Assembly (NCBI GenBank): GCA_035296905.1
Contig: DATHAA010000007.1
Location: 32,415-96,414 of the forward strand
DNA length: 64,000 bases
DNA from: Gaiellaceae bacterium
GTDB lineage: Bacteria > Actinomycetota > Thermoleophilia > Gaiellales > Gaiellaceae
Reading direction: 5' to 3'
A program made the translations under genes and the position numbers. The number at the start of each line of letters is the position of its first letter. Positions within the stretch are counted from its first letter, which is position 1. Below, piece after piece: positions 53,918 to 63,625 of the stretch. The notes beneath the pieces were generated by a model. That model was not told the DNA's origin. It worked only from the letters and a program-made list of their open reading frames with translations, and did not search any database.

Positions 53918-55449
53918 AGCGCGAGCACGTCGTCCGCCTCGGCGACGACGAGCGGATCGTGGGTCGCGCAGATGACCGCGGCACCGCGCACGCGGGCGTA
54001 GCGCCCGAAGAGCGCGCCGACCGCGAGCGCGTTCGCCTCGTCGAGCCGCGCGGTGGGCTCGTCGGCGAGGAGGAGCTTCGCCTCGGCGGCGAGCGCGCGT
54101 GCGATCGCCACACGCTGGCGCTCTCCCGCCGAGAGCCGGGCGACACGCTGTTCCGCCCGCTCGGCGAGCCCGACCTCGGAGAGCGCATCGAGCGCGCGCT
54201 GGTGCGCCTCCTCGGGGCTCAGTTCCCGTAGCGCGAGCGCGACCTCCACGTTCTCGCGCGCACTGAGAAACGGGGTCAGTCCCGGATCCTGCGGGATGAA
54301 CGCGATCGGGTCGCGCCGGAGTGCGGCGCGCTCTTCCCGTCCCAGCCCAGCCAGATTCGTATCGAGGACGCTGACGCTCCCTGCGCTCGGGTCGCGCAGT
54401 CCGGCGACGATGTGGAGAAGCGTCGTCTTCCCCGAGCCGGAGGGCCCGGTCAGCGCTGTCAGCCGGCCGCCGCGGAAGTCGGCATCGAGCCCGGCGAGGA
54501 CGACGGTCTCCCGCGCGCCCGCCCCGTAACGCTTGCCGACCCCGCGCGCGTGCGCGATCACGGCGCCGTTTTCACCTGCCGCCGGAGCCGGGGCCTGTCC
54601 GTCCCGAGATCCGGGCTGCGCCGGCTCGCCAGCGGCCGAGACCACGATCCCCTCGTGAGCGAGCTCGGCGCGCGCCCGCGAGCCGATCCGGGCGCGGACG
54701 AGGAGCTCCTCCGGCAGGCGCACCCACCCGCCCCGCGCGACGACGAGCGTCTCCCCGTCTCCCCGCTCCGTCTCCTCGCTCACGCGGCCGTCGCGGACGC
54801 GGACGGTCCGGTCGGCGATGGCTGTCGACTCGACGTCGTGGCTGACGAGCACCGTGGTACACCCGTGCTCGCGGGCGAGCTCGCCGATGAGCTCGTACAC
54901 GAGCCCGGCGCTTGCGGCGTCGAGTTCTCCGGTTGGCTCGTCGGCGAGAAGGAGCCTCGGGCGGTGCGCGAGCGCTGCGCACACGGCGACGCGCTGCTGC
55001 TCGCCGCCCGAGAGCTCTGCGGGTGGCGCGGTGCGCTTATCTGCGAGACCCACGCGCTCGAGGAGCTCGTCGGCCCTCTTCTCCCGCTCTGCGCGGGGCG
55101 CGCCGGCAAGGCCGAGCTGCACGCCGAGGAGCTCGCGGGCGCTCAGGTCGGGGTCGAGTGAACGGGAGTAGTGCTGCTCGACGTAGCCGGTCGTCCGCGA
55201 GCGGTACTCGGCCAGGCGGCGCGACGACAGGCGCCCGAGGTCGGCGTCGAAGACCTGTGCCGTGCCCGCGGAAGGTCGCTCGAGCCCCGCGAGAATCCGG
55301 AGCAGCGTCGACTTCCCGGACCCGCTCGGGCCGAGAACGACGAGCACCTCCTTCTCCTGCACGGAGAGGGTCAGGCCCTGCAGCGCCGCAGCGTGTCCCT
55401 CGGGCGTTGAGTAGACGCGGAAGAGATCGCGGACCTCGACGGCGCTCAA
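53914..55449 (-). CDS. ABC transporter ATP-binding protein with two fused nucleotide-binding domains
   Basis: Two full NBDs (GPSGSGKSTLL / LSGGEQQRV / LLLADEPTGELD, and GPSGSGKTTLL / LSAGERQRV / LLLADEPTARLD). TTG start at 55449 is preceded by GAGGAGGG and overlaps the permease stop. Confidence 0.88.
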   Translation of the reverse strand: MSAVEVRDLFRVYSTPEGHAAALQGLTLSVQEKEVLVVLGPSGSGKSTLLRILAGLERPSAGTAQVFDADLGRLSSRRLAEYRSRTTGYVEQHYSRSLDPDLSARELLGVQLGLAGAPRAEREKRADELLERVGLADKRTAPPAELSGGEQQRVAVCAALAHRPRLLLADEPTGELDAASAGLVYELIGELAREHGCTTVLVSHDVESTAIADRTVRVRDGRVSEETERGDGETLVVARGGWVRLPEELLVRARIGSRARAELAHEGIVVSAAGEPAQPGSRDGQAPAPAAGENGAVIAHARGVGKRYGAGARETVVLAGLDADFRGGRLTALTGPSGSGKTTLLHIVAGLRDPSAGSVSVLDTNLAGLGREERAALRRDPIAFIPQDPGLTPFLSARENVEVALALRELSPEEAHQRALDALSEVGLAERAEQRVARLSAGERQRVAIARALAAEAKLLLADEPTARLDEANALAVGALFGRYARVRGAAVICATHDPLVVAEADDVLAL

Positions 55450-58400
55450 ACCGCCCTCCTCGTCGAGAGCGCGACCAGCCCCGCCGTGAGCACGCCGTAC
55501 ACGGCGCAAGCGAGGGCGACGAGACGCCAGTCCACCGCAATCGCGAGCGGCGGCTCGGGCAGAGAGGCGCCCGCAGTCAGCGTGACCAGGTCGACGGCGA
55601 GCACGGCGAGAAGCGCAGCCGCAGCCAGCCCGCCGAGTAGCCCGAGGACGGCAACGAGAACCGCGCGCAGGCGCAGATGCCGCCTGAGAGTGCCCGGCCC
55701 TGCACCCTGCGTCTCGAGGTCGAAGAGCTCGCGGCGCTCGTCGCGCGAGTCTCCGGCGAGCAACACCGCGAGCCCGACAAGGGCAAGCAGGAAGGCGACG
55801 ATCGCGGCTCCCGTCAGCGCGGCCAGCGAGCCGCGGGCGAGCGGGTCGGCCCGGAGGCGATCCTCGATCTCGGCGCGCGAGGAGACGGAGAGCGGCGCGA
55901 ACGGCGGCCGCTCCAGCTCGACGCCGATGTCCTTGGGCCCGGCGAGCCAGAGCTCGTTCGGCACAGCGGTGCCGGGATTGGCCGCGTTCATGGCGACGTA
56001 GAGCGAGCGCTCGTCTCCGAGTACGAAGTCGCCGTAGACCGATGGGAAGCGTCGAATCGTCCCCACAACGCGAACCGGGACGGAGCCGCCGGGGAGCCGA
56101 AGCGGGAGGATTCCGCCGGAGCCAGCCGCGGCCGCCAGGCCCGGCGTCGCGACTACTGCAGGGGGCGCCGCGTCGGTTGCCTGGCTCGGCTGGAAGCGCG
56201 GGTTCGCGGCCTCATTTGAGAGCAGGAAGCGGAGCCTCGACCCGGTTGCGTCGACGTTGTCGAGGCCGATCCAGCCGGAGTAGTCCGTGATCAGGTTCCC
56301 TCCGGCGGTCGCCGGGGCCAGCGTGAGCACCCCGTCCACGCGCGCGAAGTCGCCGTGACCCTCCACCGACAGCGCTCGCGAGAGCTCGAGCGCGACGATC
56401 CGCCCGCGGTGGGCGTCGGGCGGGATCGCTGCCCTCAGCGTCCCGGTCCCCGGCCTCGCCGTCCCGAGGTCGATGCGCGCAAACAGATCGTCCGGCTCGA
56501 GCACGACCGCCGTGAGCGTGACCGCTCCCCCGCGCAGGGTGTAGGGAATCGCAAGCTCCGAGGAGTCGGCCGGGAGCGGAGCGCCGCGCAGAACCGGGGA
56601 CGGGCTGGGCTCGAGGCGCTCGATCAGCTCACCGCGGGAGAGTCGAGAGAAGCGGTCCTGCCAGCCGTCGAGCTCCGCGATCGCGTCCGCGGGTACCCCG
56701 AGCACGGTCAGCTGGTCGGGCCCTCCCGCGCTCGCGGTCTGGCGGAGAACGGGCGTCACCTCCGCGCCCAGCGCCTCGTAGCTCGAGACCGGAGCCGCTA
56801 CGAGTGGCGCGACGAGCCCCGTTGGGGACAGGTCCTCCCGCACGGTGAAGTCCTGGGGCACGGCGTAGGCGGCCTGCTCGGAAAGGCCGTCGTCCAGAGT
56901 CGAGCGGTAGACGACCGCGAAGAGGCCGAGGCCGAGGCTCGCCACGAGGAACGTGACCGCCACAGCCGCCCGGCCGGGACTCCGTGCGAGCGAGAGCGCC
57001 GCCAGCCGCATGTGGATCCGTCCGCCGCGGGCGACGCGCTCGAGCAGGCGAAGGCCGGGCACGAGCAGGCGCGCGGCCGCGACGGCGACGACGAAGGTCA
57101 CGAGGCCCGGGAGGAGCAGAAGGAGCGTGCCCGTGCCGCCGCCCTGGCCCAGGGCGCGGGCGTCCGCATCTCCACGCGCGAACACGAGGACGACGGCGAG
57201 GAGCGCCCCGAGAGCCGCTGCGTCGAGCGGAGTGAAGGTGCGCCCGCCGAGCGAGATCCCCGGAACGCTGAGAACGAGGATCAGGACGAGAGCCCCGGCG
57301 AGCGCGAGCGCGGCGGCGGCGGCGAGGCCGGAGCCCGCGAGCGCCGAATGGCCGAGCACGGCGCCAGGCGGGGACCCCGCCTCGTCGGCCAGAAGCGCGG
57401 TGACCGCGCTGCCAAGCGCCCAACCCACGACTGCACCGAGAAGCGCAACTGCGGTCGTCTCGGCGACCGTCACCAGATGCACCTGCCAGCGCCGCGCTCC
57501 GAACCAGGTCAACCGCTGGCCGGCCGCCTCGACGTCGCGCCGCATGCCGACGGCCGCGAGCACGGCGAACGCGAGCAGGAGCGCCGCCACCTGTCCGCCG
57601 ACGAGCAGGAGCCTGCGCCCGGCGACCTGCCCGGTCTCGCGCGCCGCCGCGAGCTCGGCCACCGGGGCGGAGAGGTCGAGGAAGAGCGAGCGGGCACGCA
57701 GCGTCGACTCCGCACGCACCGCGCGCGTCTCGAAGCTGTCGATCTCCCAGGGATGGATGCTGCGCGGCGCGAGCGGCACTGACCAGGCGTACGTCCGGTA
57801 GATCGCCTGGAGCTGGGGCAGGGCGGAGAGCTCGTCGAAGCCCTCGGCGAGGAGGAAGGGCGGTTCCGCGACCCCGAACGACTCGCCCACTCGCGTCGCC
57901 TTCGCGCCGGGCAAGAGGCCGAAGGGGAGCGGCGATGTGAGGTCTCCCTCGCCCACCTTGACGAAGCGGAGGCCCGGCGCGCTTGCGATCTCGCCCGTGC
58001 CGCCGAGCTGGACGACCTCGCAGCGCTCGGGCGTGCACTCGCGGGGGTAGCGGCCCGAAGTCAGGCGCACCCAGCGCGAGACGTCGTCAACGGCCCCGAG
58101 GTTCGTGAGCGCGCCGTCGATCCGAAGGAGCTTGTACTGCACCGCGCGCACGGGCTCGCCGGACGCGAGATCGGCGAGGCTGCGAACGACGAGGGGCTCG
58201 AGCTCCTCGCGCGTGACGCCGTTCCGCTGCAGGCCGAGGTCGGCATACGTGACTGCGACGGCCCGCTTGGACGCGGGTAATCCACCGAGCGCGCGCCCCG
58301 CAGCCACGTCCTGCGCGACCAGGCTTCCTCCGAGCACGACCGCCAGCGCGCCGGCCGCCGCGGCGATCCCGAGCGCGAGCAGCAGGGCACTGCCGGGCCG

Positions 58401-58460
58401 GTGCCGCAGGCGCGACCACGCGAGCCCGAGCGGATACCCCACCGAGCGGATCGCCTTCAC
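55446..58460 (-). CDS. Large FtsX-family (MacB-type) ABC permease with two FtsX modules
   Basis: 1004 aa with two 4-TM FtsX-like bundles, each preceded by a large extracytoplasmic domain. Confidence 0.85.
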   Translation of the reverse strand: MKAIRSVGYPLGLAWSRLRHRPGSALLLALGIAAAAGALAVVLGGSLVAQDVAAGRALGGLPASKRAVAVTYADLGLQRNGVTREELEPLVVRSLADLASGEPVRAVQYKLLRIDGALTNLGAVDDVSRWVRLTSGRYPRECTPERCEVVQLGGTGEIASAPGLRFVKVGEGDLTSPLPFGLLPGAKATRVGESFGVAEPPFLLAEGFDELSALPQLQAIYRTYAWSVPLAPRSIHPWEIDSFETRAVRAESTLRARSLFLDLSAPVAELAAARETGQVAGRRLLLVGGQVAALLLAFAVLAAVGMRRDVEAAGQRLTWFGARRWQVHLVTVAETTAVALLGAVVGWALGSAVTALLADEAGSPPGAVLGHSALAGSGLAAAAALALAGALVLILVLSVPGISLGGRTFTPLDAAALGALLAVVLVFARGDADARALGQGGGTGTLLLLLPGLVTFVVAVAAARLLVPGLRLLERVARGGRIHMRLAALSLARSPGRAAVAVTFLVASLGLGLFAVVYRSTLDDGLSEQAAYAVPQDFTVREDLSPTGLVAPLVAAPVSSYEALGAEVTPVLRQTASAGGPDQLTVLGVPADAIAELDGWQDRFSRLSRGELIERLEPSPSPVLRGAPLPADSSELAIPYTLRGGAVTLTAVVLEPDDLFARIDLGTARPGTGTLRAAIPPDAHRGRIVALELSRALSVEGHGDFARVDGVLTLAPATAGGNLITDYSGWIGLDNVDATGSRLRFLLSNEAANPRFQPSQATDAAPPAVVATPGLAAAAGSGGILPLRLPGGSVPVRVVGTIRRFPSVYGDFVLGDERSLYVAMNAANPGTAVPNELWLAGPKDIGVELERPPFAPLSVSSRAEIEDRLRADPLARGSLAALTGAAIVAFLLALVGLAVLLAGDSRDERRELFDLETQGAGPGTLRRHLRLRAVLVAVLGLLGGLAAAALLAVLAVDLVTLTAGASLPEPPLAIAVDWRLVALACAVYGVLTAGLVALSTRRAV

Positions 58461-58530
58461 CTCCCGAAACGCTGCCAGAGAGTGAGCATCACAACCACTG
58501 AATCTTCTTGTGGTTGGCTAAGATTCGCTT

Positions 58531-59472
58531 ATGCTCGACGTTCGACGGATGCGGGTGCTGAGCGCGGTCGCCGAGCACGGCTCGATCGCCGCTGCCGCCC
58601 AGGCGCTCGCCTTCACGCCCTCGGCGGTCTCCCAGCAGATCGCGACCCTCGAACGCGAGGCAGGCGTGGCTCTCGTCGAGCGCGGTCCACGATCCGTCCG
58701 CCTGACCGAGGCCGGGCGCGCCCTCGTCGCCCACACGGACGGAATCGTCGCCAGCCTCGCGGCCGCCGAGGCCGAGATCCAGGCCATTGCGGGCCTTCGC
58801 GGGGGGATGCTCCGCCTTGCCTCCTTCCCCACCGCCTATGCGACGATCATGCCGCAGGCGATCGCGGAGTTTCGCCGCCGCCACCCGGCGGTCGAGCTCT
58901 CGCTGACCGAGGCCGATCCGCTCGCGAGCCTGGCCCGCATCAAGTCGGGAGAGCTCGATCTGGCGCTCATGTACGAGTACGACTACGTCCCGTTCCCCGA
59001 GGACGACTCGGTCGAGCAGACCTATCTGCTCGACGATCCCATTCGCGTCGTGCTCCCGAAGGGACACCGGGCAGCCCGCCGGCGAGCAGTGAAGCTGGAC
59101 GAGCTCTCCGAGGAGTCGTGGATCACCTCGACCGCCAACTCCTCCTGCCACGAGTTCGTCTCCCGCGCATGCCGAGACGCCGGGTTCGAGCCCTCGATCG
59201 GCTTCGAAAGCGACGACCACGGCGTCTGGCAGGGGCTCGTCGCCGCGGGAGTCGGCGTCGCGCTCGCCCCCGAGCTCGCGCTCGAGACGCTCTACCCGGG
59301 CGTCGAGGCCCGGCCGGTGGCCCTGAGCCCGCTGAAGCGGCGGATCTTCGCGGTCAACCGCGCCGGTGGACGCTCGCCGGCGATCGAGGCCATGCTCGAG
59401 GTGATCGCCGAGACGATCGCGGCGCGCGAGGAGCGGCCCGCCGTCGAGCCGCCCCTCGCATCGCTTCGGTAG
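58531..59472 (+). CDS. LysR-family transcriptional regulator
   Basis: N-terminal HTH MLDVRRMRVLSAVAEHGSIAAAAQALAFTPSAVSQQI plus a substrate-binding domain. Divergent from the FtsX operon. Confidence 0.9.
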   Translation: MLDVRRMRVLSAVAEHGSIAAAAQALAFTPSAVSQQIATLEREAGVALVERGPRSVRLTEAGRALVAHTDGIVASLAAAEAEIQAIAGLRGGMLRLASFPTAYATIMPQAIAEFRRRHPAVELSLTEADPLASLARIKSGELDLALMYEYDYVPFPEDDSVEQTYLLDDPIRVVLPKGHRAARRRAVKLDELSEESWITSTANSSCHEFVSRACRDAGFEPSIGFESDDHGVWQGLVAAGVGVALAPELALETLYPGVEARPVALSPLKRRIFAVNRAGGRSPAIEAMLEVIAETIAAREERPAVEPPLASLR

Positions 59473-59474
59473 AG

Positions 59475-60194
59475 CTAGAGGATCCCCCGGTCCTCGAACG
59501 CGCCACGGGTGGCGTTGGCCGCCGAGTTCCCGTAGAGGCTCCGCGCAGCAGCCACGGTCGCACTGGCCGCGGCCGGCATGGAAGTGTCGGGCGCGAACGA
59601 GAACTGCGCCTCGAGGATGCGCGTGTCCGCCTTCACGTGGCCGAGCGCGCCGCGAATGTCCCACAGTGCGCGCGACGCGAACACGTTCGAGACCGTGGCC
59701 GCCCAGTAGTCGCCGAAGCCCTCTCCGATCGAGCCGGCCTCGGCTGACGTGCCGAAGGTTCCGTCGGGCTGCTGCCATTCTTGAATCGCGTGCCCGTACT
59801 CGTGCAGGATCACCTCGGCGTCCTCGGCGTCCTCGGCGTCGTCGACGCCGCCCTTGCCGAAGCGAACGACGTCATGCTTGTCCCACGAGTACGAGTTGTC
59901 GATCCCGATCTGGTCGATGCGGATGTCCTGCGACTGCTCATTGACAGGACGACGCGCGAGGCCGAAGCCGAGGCTTTGGATGTACGTCTGGGCCGTGGTG
60001 ACCCAGTAATAGGCCATCACCTGCTCGAAGCGGTCGTCGTCGCGCGTGTACAGGAACGAGTTCGTCGAAGAGAACGCCGCCTTGCCGGTGTTGCTGCGGA
60101 CGTTGGCCCAGTCGCCCTGGAGGTACCCGCTCCCGTCGAGGTTGGTGAGGGTCACCGTCCGGTACGCGGGGTTGCAGCGCCGCGTAGTTCGCAT
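59475..60194 (-). CDS. Clan MA zinc metalloprotease domain (thermolysin/fungalysin-like); the N-terminal region is probably disrupted
   Basis: HEYGHAIQ (HExxH) followed by SIGEGFGDYWA (third-ligand Glu region). An SD-preceded TTG at 60350 encodes a signal peptide in the same frame but is separated from this ORF by TGA (60207..60209); see findings. Confidence 0.65.
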   Translation of the reverse strand: MRTTRRCNPAYRTVTLTNLDGSGYLQGDWANVRSNTGKAAFSSTNSFLYTRDDDRFEQVMAYYWVTTAQTYIQSLGFGLARRPVNEQSQDIRIDQIGIDNSYSWDKHDVVRFGKGGVDDAEDAEDAEVILHEYGHAIQEWQQPDGTFGTSAEAGSIGEGFGDYWAATVSNVFASRALWDIRGALGHVKADTRILEAQFSFAPDTSMPAAASATVAAARSLYGNSAANATRGAFEDRGIL

Positions 60195-60408
60195 CCTTCT
60201 GGTCGGTCAGCGACTGATCTTGCAGGGTCGCAATTGGATTCGGCGAGAGACGCGGCCCGACCCGGTCGACGGGCTCGGCCCCGCGCCGGCCGGCTGGAGG
60301 ACGACGACGGCGACCGTCGCCGCGATGAGCAAAGCTGAAAAGCGCCGCAAAAGAACCTCCCTGTGGTCCCGAAAACGGACCGCAGCGTAGCGCGCCCGGC
60401 GAAAAGGC

Positions 60409-61419
60409 CTAGCTGGCCGCGCGGGTTTCGACGCCTAGCAACGTGCGGGCACCGCCCGCGGCCTTCGCGCGATAGGCGGCGATATCCGCCGAGCGGTAAA
60501 GGTCGTACGAGGAGCCGAGGTTGATCGCTGCCCGGGCGACGCCGCCCGAGAAGCTGTACGGACCGCGTTGGTTGAGCGCTTCCTGCGCCCGCTCGGCGAC
60601 CTTGATCGCATCGTCCGGGTTGGCACCCGGAAGGATGACCGCGAACTCGTCTCCGCCTAGTCGACAGGCGACGTCTCCGCCGCGCGACGACTCGACCAGG
60701 GACTCTGCGAGAGCGCGGAGCGCCTCGTCGCCGGCCGGGTGGCCGCCGAGGTCGTTGATCCGCTTGAGACCGTCGAGGTCGACGACGAGCAGGCTGAGCT
60801 CCTCGCCGTTGCGCTGGCTACGGGCAACAGCTGCGTCGAACTGCTCCTCAAAGAGACGGCGGTTGTAGAGGTTGGTGAGCTTGTCGCGCGCGGCGAGCTC
60901 CTTCATCTCCTTGTAGAGCATTGCGTTCTGCACCGCGGGCGCGACGACGTTGCAAAGCGCCTGGCAAAAGTCCACGTCGGCGGCGTCGAACTCCCGGTCG
61001 AGCTGGTCGACGACCTCCATCATTCCGATCGTCTCGCCCCCTGTGATCAGCGGGAGCATGAGCAGGGCCTTGCGGTCGCGCGCCTCGAGGAGCGCGCGTT
61101 CGGCGGGGTCGTCGTTTTCGTTCGAGACGCGGATCTGGATCGGCTCCTGCGTCTCGAGCACTTGCTTTGTCGCCGGGAAGTCGACGAGCCGGTAGATCTG
61201 GCCGCCCTCCTCGGTGATCTCGTTCGCGCCCTCGAGGTACTCGACCAGCATGATCAGCTCGTCCCGTGCGTTGTCCCAGAAGGAGATCTCGGCCGCGGTG
61301 GCGCCGGTGAGCTCGGTCGCCTGGTCCGTAAAGGCACGCAAGACCTCGCTCAATTCAAGGGTCGAAGAGAGCTTGTGAGAGACGTCGAGCAGCGCCTGAA
61401 GCCGGTTTGCCGGAGCCAT
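60409..61419 (-). CDS. GAF domain - GGDEF diguanylate cyclase
   Basis: N-terminal GAF-like domain, then DKLTNLYNRR and the RLGGDEFAVIL active-site motif; 336 aa. Confidence 0.88.
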   Translation of the reverse strand: MAPANRLQALLDVSHKLSSTLELSEVLRAFTDQATELTGATAAEISFWDNARDELIMLVEYLEGANEITEEGGQIYRLVDFPATKQVLETQEPIQIRVSNENDDPAERALLEARDRKALLMLPLITGGETIGMMEVVDQLDREFDAADVDFCQALCNVVAPAVQNAMLYKEMKELAARDKLTNLYNRRLFEEQFDAAVARSQRNGEELSLLVVDLDGLKRINDLGGHPAGDEALRALAESLVESSRGGDVACRLGGDEFAVILPGANPDDAIKVAERAQEALNQRGPYSFSGGVARAAINLGSSYDLYRSADIAAYRAKAAGGARTLLGVETRAAS

Positions 61420-61493
61420 ACGGGACTTATCGGGATTCGGGGCGAAACGCTTGAGAGTGGCTAGGATCGGTGGATCTCAGGGAGGGAGAGGGC

Positions 61494-61650
61494 GTGCAAG
61501 CGACCGTTATCCACGAAGGCGGCGGCCGGAAGTCCTCAAGTACGAAGAGATCCCCGACCCCACTCCGGCCGACGGTAGGTGCTCGTCCGGCTCGAGGCCG
61601 CGGGGATCAACCACTTCGACCTCAACCAGCGCCAGCAACGCCCCTCTTCT
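61494..61650 (+). pseudogene. 5' remnant of a zinc-type alcohol dehydrogenase / quinone oxidoreductase gene, multiply frameshifted
   Basis: Pieces in three frames join as VQATVIHEGGG / PEVLKYEEIPDPTPADG / VLVRLEAAGINHFDLNQRQ, the canonical MDR/Qor N-terminus. No continuation is recognisable. Confidence 0.55.
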
Positions 61651-62373
61651 TCCCCTTGCCCAAAAGGTGTTTCTCTTCTCGCCCAAATTCCCATCCGGGG
61701 GGAAAGCTGCTAGATCGGGCGCTGGACGCCTAACTCGTGCCACGTAAAAAATGAGACACGAGGCGTTGGGTCCAAAACCACACCACTCGGAGGGTTCCAT
61801 CCATACTGGCGCCAGCCGCTGAGTCGATATGCCGGTCGCAGGATGAGCAAGGTTCCGGCTCGGATTTGGCTACGCCCCCGTTGCGGGCAAGCGCGAGCGC
61901 ATCGTCCAGAGCTCTGACGAGAGCCGCTCGGCGTCACCACCCACTCGGCCAGACAGTGTCGTATGAGGCAACGACCGGCGACATCATCTTCGACTAAGCG
62001 GTGCGGTTGAACCGGCGTTGGAAGGTCCGCGCGAGGAAGGTGCGCGGAAAGCGCATGCCTCGGTACGTCCGGGTCGCACCTCAGGTCTTGCTGCGTGCCC
62101 CCGGGCGTACTAGGGTTGTGGCCTGCGGCGGAGGAGGGTCCCGTTTCTCCCGCGAGAGCCGCTGCTTCGGCGCCGGCGCCCCGGCCTCCTCCGCCCAGCC
62201 ATTTGTTACGTCATGCGGGGCCGAACCGCCGTTTCCCCTTTCGCGCTGCCGACGTCGCGCGCGCTTGGTCGGCAGTGCGGGTTCGATCCGACCCCGCACT
62301 ATTAGATCGGCAAGATCGGCGCCGCTCTTACTACTTCCGCCCGAGCAGCCGAGCGACGGAGGGGATCGCCGCC

Positions 62374-62817
62374 TCACCTCGCTCGTCCGAAGAAGACGAG
62401 CTCCTCTGTATCGAGTACCTCACCGGTGTTCACGTCGGTGGCCGTCGCGACCCAGATTTGGTCCTGCTTGATCCCGATGAATTCGTCATGGGGAACGAAT
62501 CTCTCGACGAGCGTGCAGCTCTCGCCGGGTGCAAGGACAGCCGGCTCAAAGAGCGTGCAGGTGCTCTCAACAAGACCACCTGCGAAGTCGTCCCACGAGC
62601 GCACCAGAGTGAGGGTTAGGAGGACCGCCTCGTCGCTCGTGTTGCTGATTGTGGTGAACTTGATCGTGGACGACTCGACGGGCTTCGCCCCGAAGTTGAC
62701 CGTCCGGGGCGTCACCTGCAGGACATTGCCAGAAGCGAGCCCGCTGGCCGGCACTGCAGCCAGCGCAGCGAGGGCGACGGCGACGGCGACGGCGATGATG
62801 AAGCATCTCAGTCTCAT
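62374..62817 (-). CDS. Secreted single-domain beta-sandwich protein (choice-of-anchor D / ASH-like)
   Basis: Signal peptide MRLRCFIIAVAVAVALAALAAVPASG. Then LQVTPRTVNFGAKPVESSTIKFTTISNTSDEAVLLTL...C..F.P.VLAPGESCTLVERFVP, the typical pattern of this domain. Start at the internal ATG 62817. Confidence 0.6.
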   Translation of the reverse strand: MRLRCFIIAVAVAVALAALAAVPASGLASGNVLQVTPRTVNFGAKPVESSTIKFTTISNTSDEAVLLTLTLVRSWDDFAGGLVESTCTLFEPAVLAPGESCTLVERFVPHDEFIGIKQDQIWVATATDVNTGEVLDTEELVFFGRAR

Positions 62818-62854
62818 GGCTGCCTCCTCAGTCGCAGCATTGAGGCAACCGTAT

Positions 62855-63625
62855 CTAACTCGTTCGCAGAAATCGAGATCGAAAGCGCCGTTGCAGCGTG
62901 CTTGGGATGGCGTCCTCGTCGCTGACCGGGATCCGTTGCCAGGTGTTTCCGTAGTCAAGACTCACATGGAGGAACAGACGGTCATGGTTCCGCTCCGCCA
63001 GGGCCATGCGCCCCGGTTGCAGCCATCCGTCGGGGAACCAGTCGCATGCATGTAGGCGCGGTCCCAGCCTTCCCCGCAGTCGACTCGGCGTTCCTTGAAG
63101 TTGCCATCGGTGGCCCAGGAGACCGAGCAGCTGCGGTCGACGAACCACAGGAACTCGTCGACGTTCGGTCCTCAGTAGCGAGCGACGATCGTGGACGGAT
63201 CGTCGGGAAGGAGATGCGGCACATCCAGCGGCCGTATCGTGCCTTCGCGCTCGTCGATGAGGTAGACGTGCTCGAAGTGGTCCCCAGTACCGGCCGTTGG
63301 CGCCCACGATGAAGAGGGCGGAGCGCCCGTCCTGAGTCACCTCCAGCGCCGCATGCTGGTACGGGACTCGGAGCGGAGGATCGCTTTTGCATGCGGAGCG
63401 GGGTCCGTCGCACACAACGTAAGCGCGCGTCGTGAAGCCCGACTCGGTCACCGTCTGGTTTTCCGGAGAGCCCTCGGCGCGGATCCGCTCGAGCGACCAC
63501 AGCTCGTCGGTCGAGGGCGCCGCCTCCCTGCCGTCGCTCCCGGCGCTGCGGACAGCGTCCACGATCGCCACAAGAGCGACGGCAGCGACACACGTCACGC
63601 TGAGCCATCTGAACGCAAGCCGCAT
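62855..63625 (-). pseudogene. Secreted BNR-motif protein disrupted by two frameshifts and an in-frame TGA
   Basis: Signal/anchor MRLAFRWLSVTCVAAVALVAIV. Coding-like sequence continues in another frame after the C4 run at 63282..63285 (HFEHVYLIDEREGTIRPLDVPHLLPDDPSTIVARY-TGA-GPNVDEFLWFVD), then returns to the first frame (SLDYGNTWQRIPV matches the SxDxGxTW BNR motif). Confidence 0.6.

Noticed and set aside
62248-62300. A possible tRNA or tmRNA gene, because of GGTTCGATCC inside an 8-bp hairpin
   Set aside because: No cloverleaf can be drawn. The T-stem is interrupted by 4 extra nt (cgac). The upstream hairpin has a 14-nt loop and so is not an anticodon arm. There is no acceptor pairing or CCA context. 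At best it is a degraded 3' tRNA fragment.
61651-62373. Several 60-170 aa ORFs on both strands (61710-61940, 62001-62471, 62081-62377, 62095-62619)
   Set aside because: They overlap each other, have Arg/Pro-rich composition, and lack SD sequences and family resemblance. The region is treated as non-coding or decayed.
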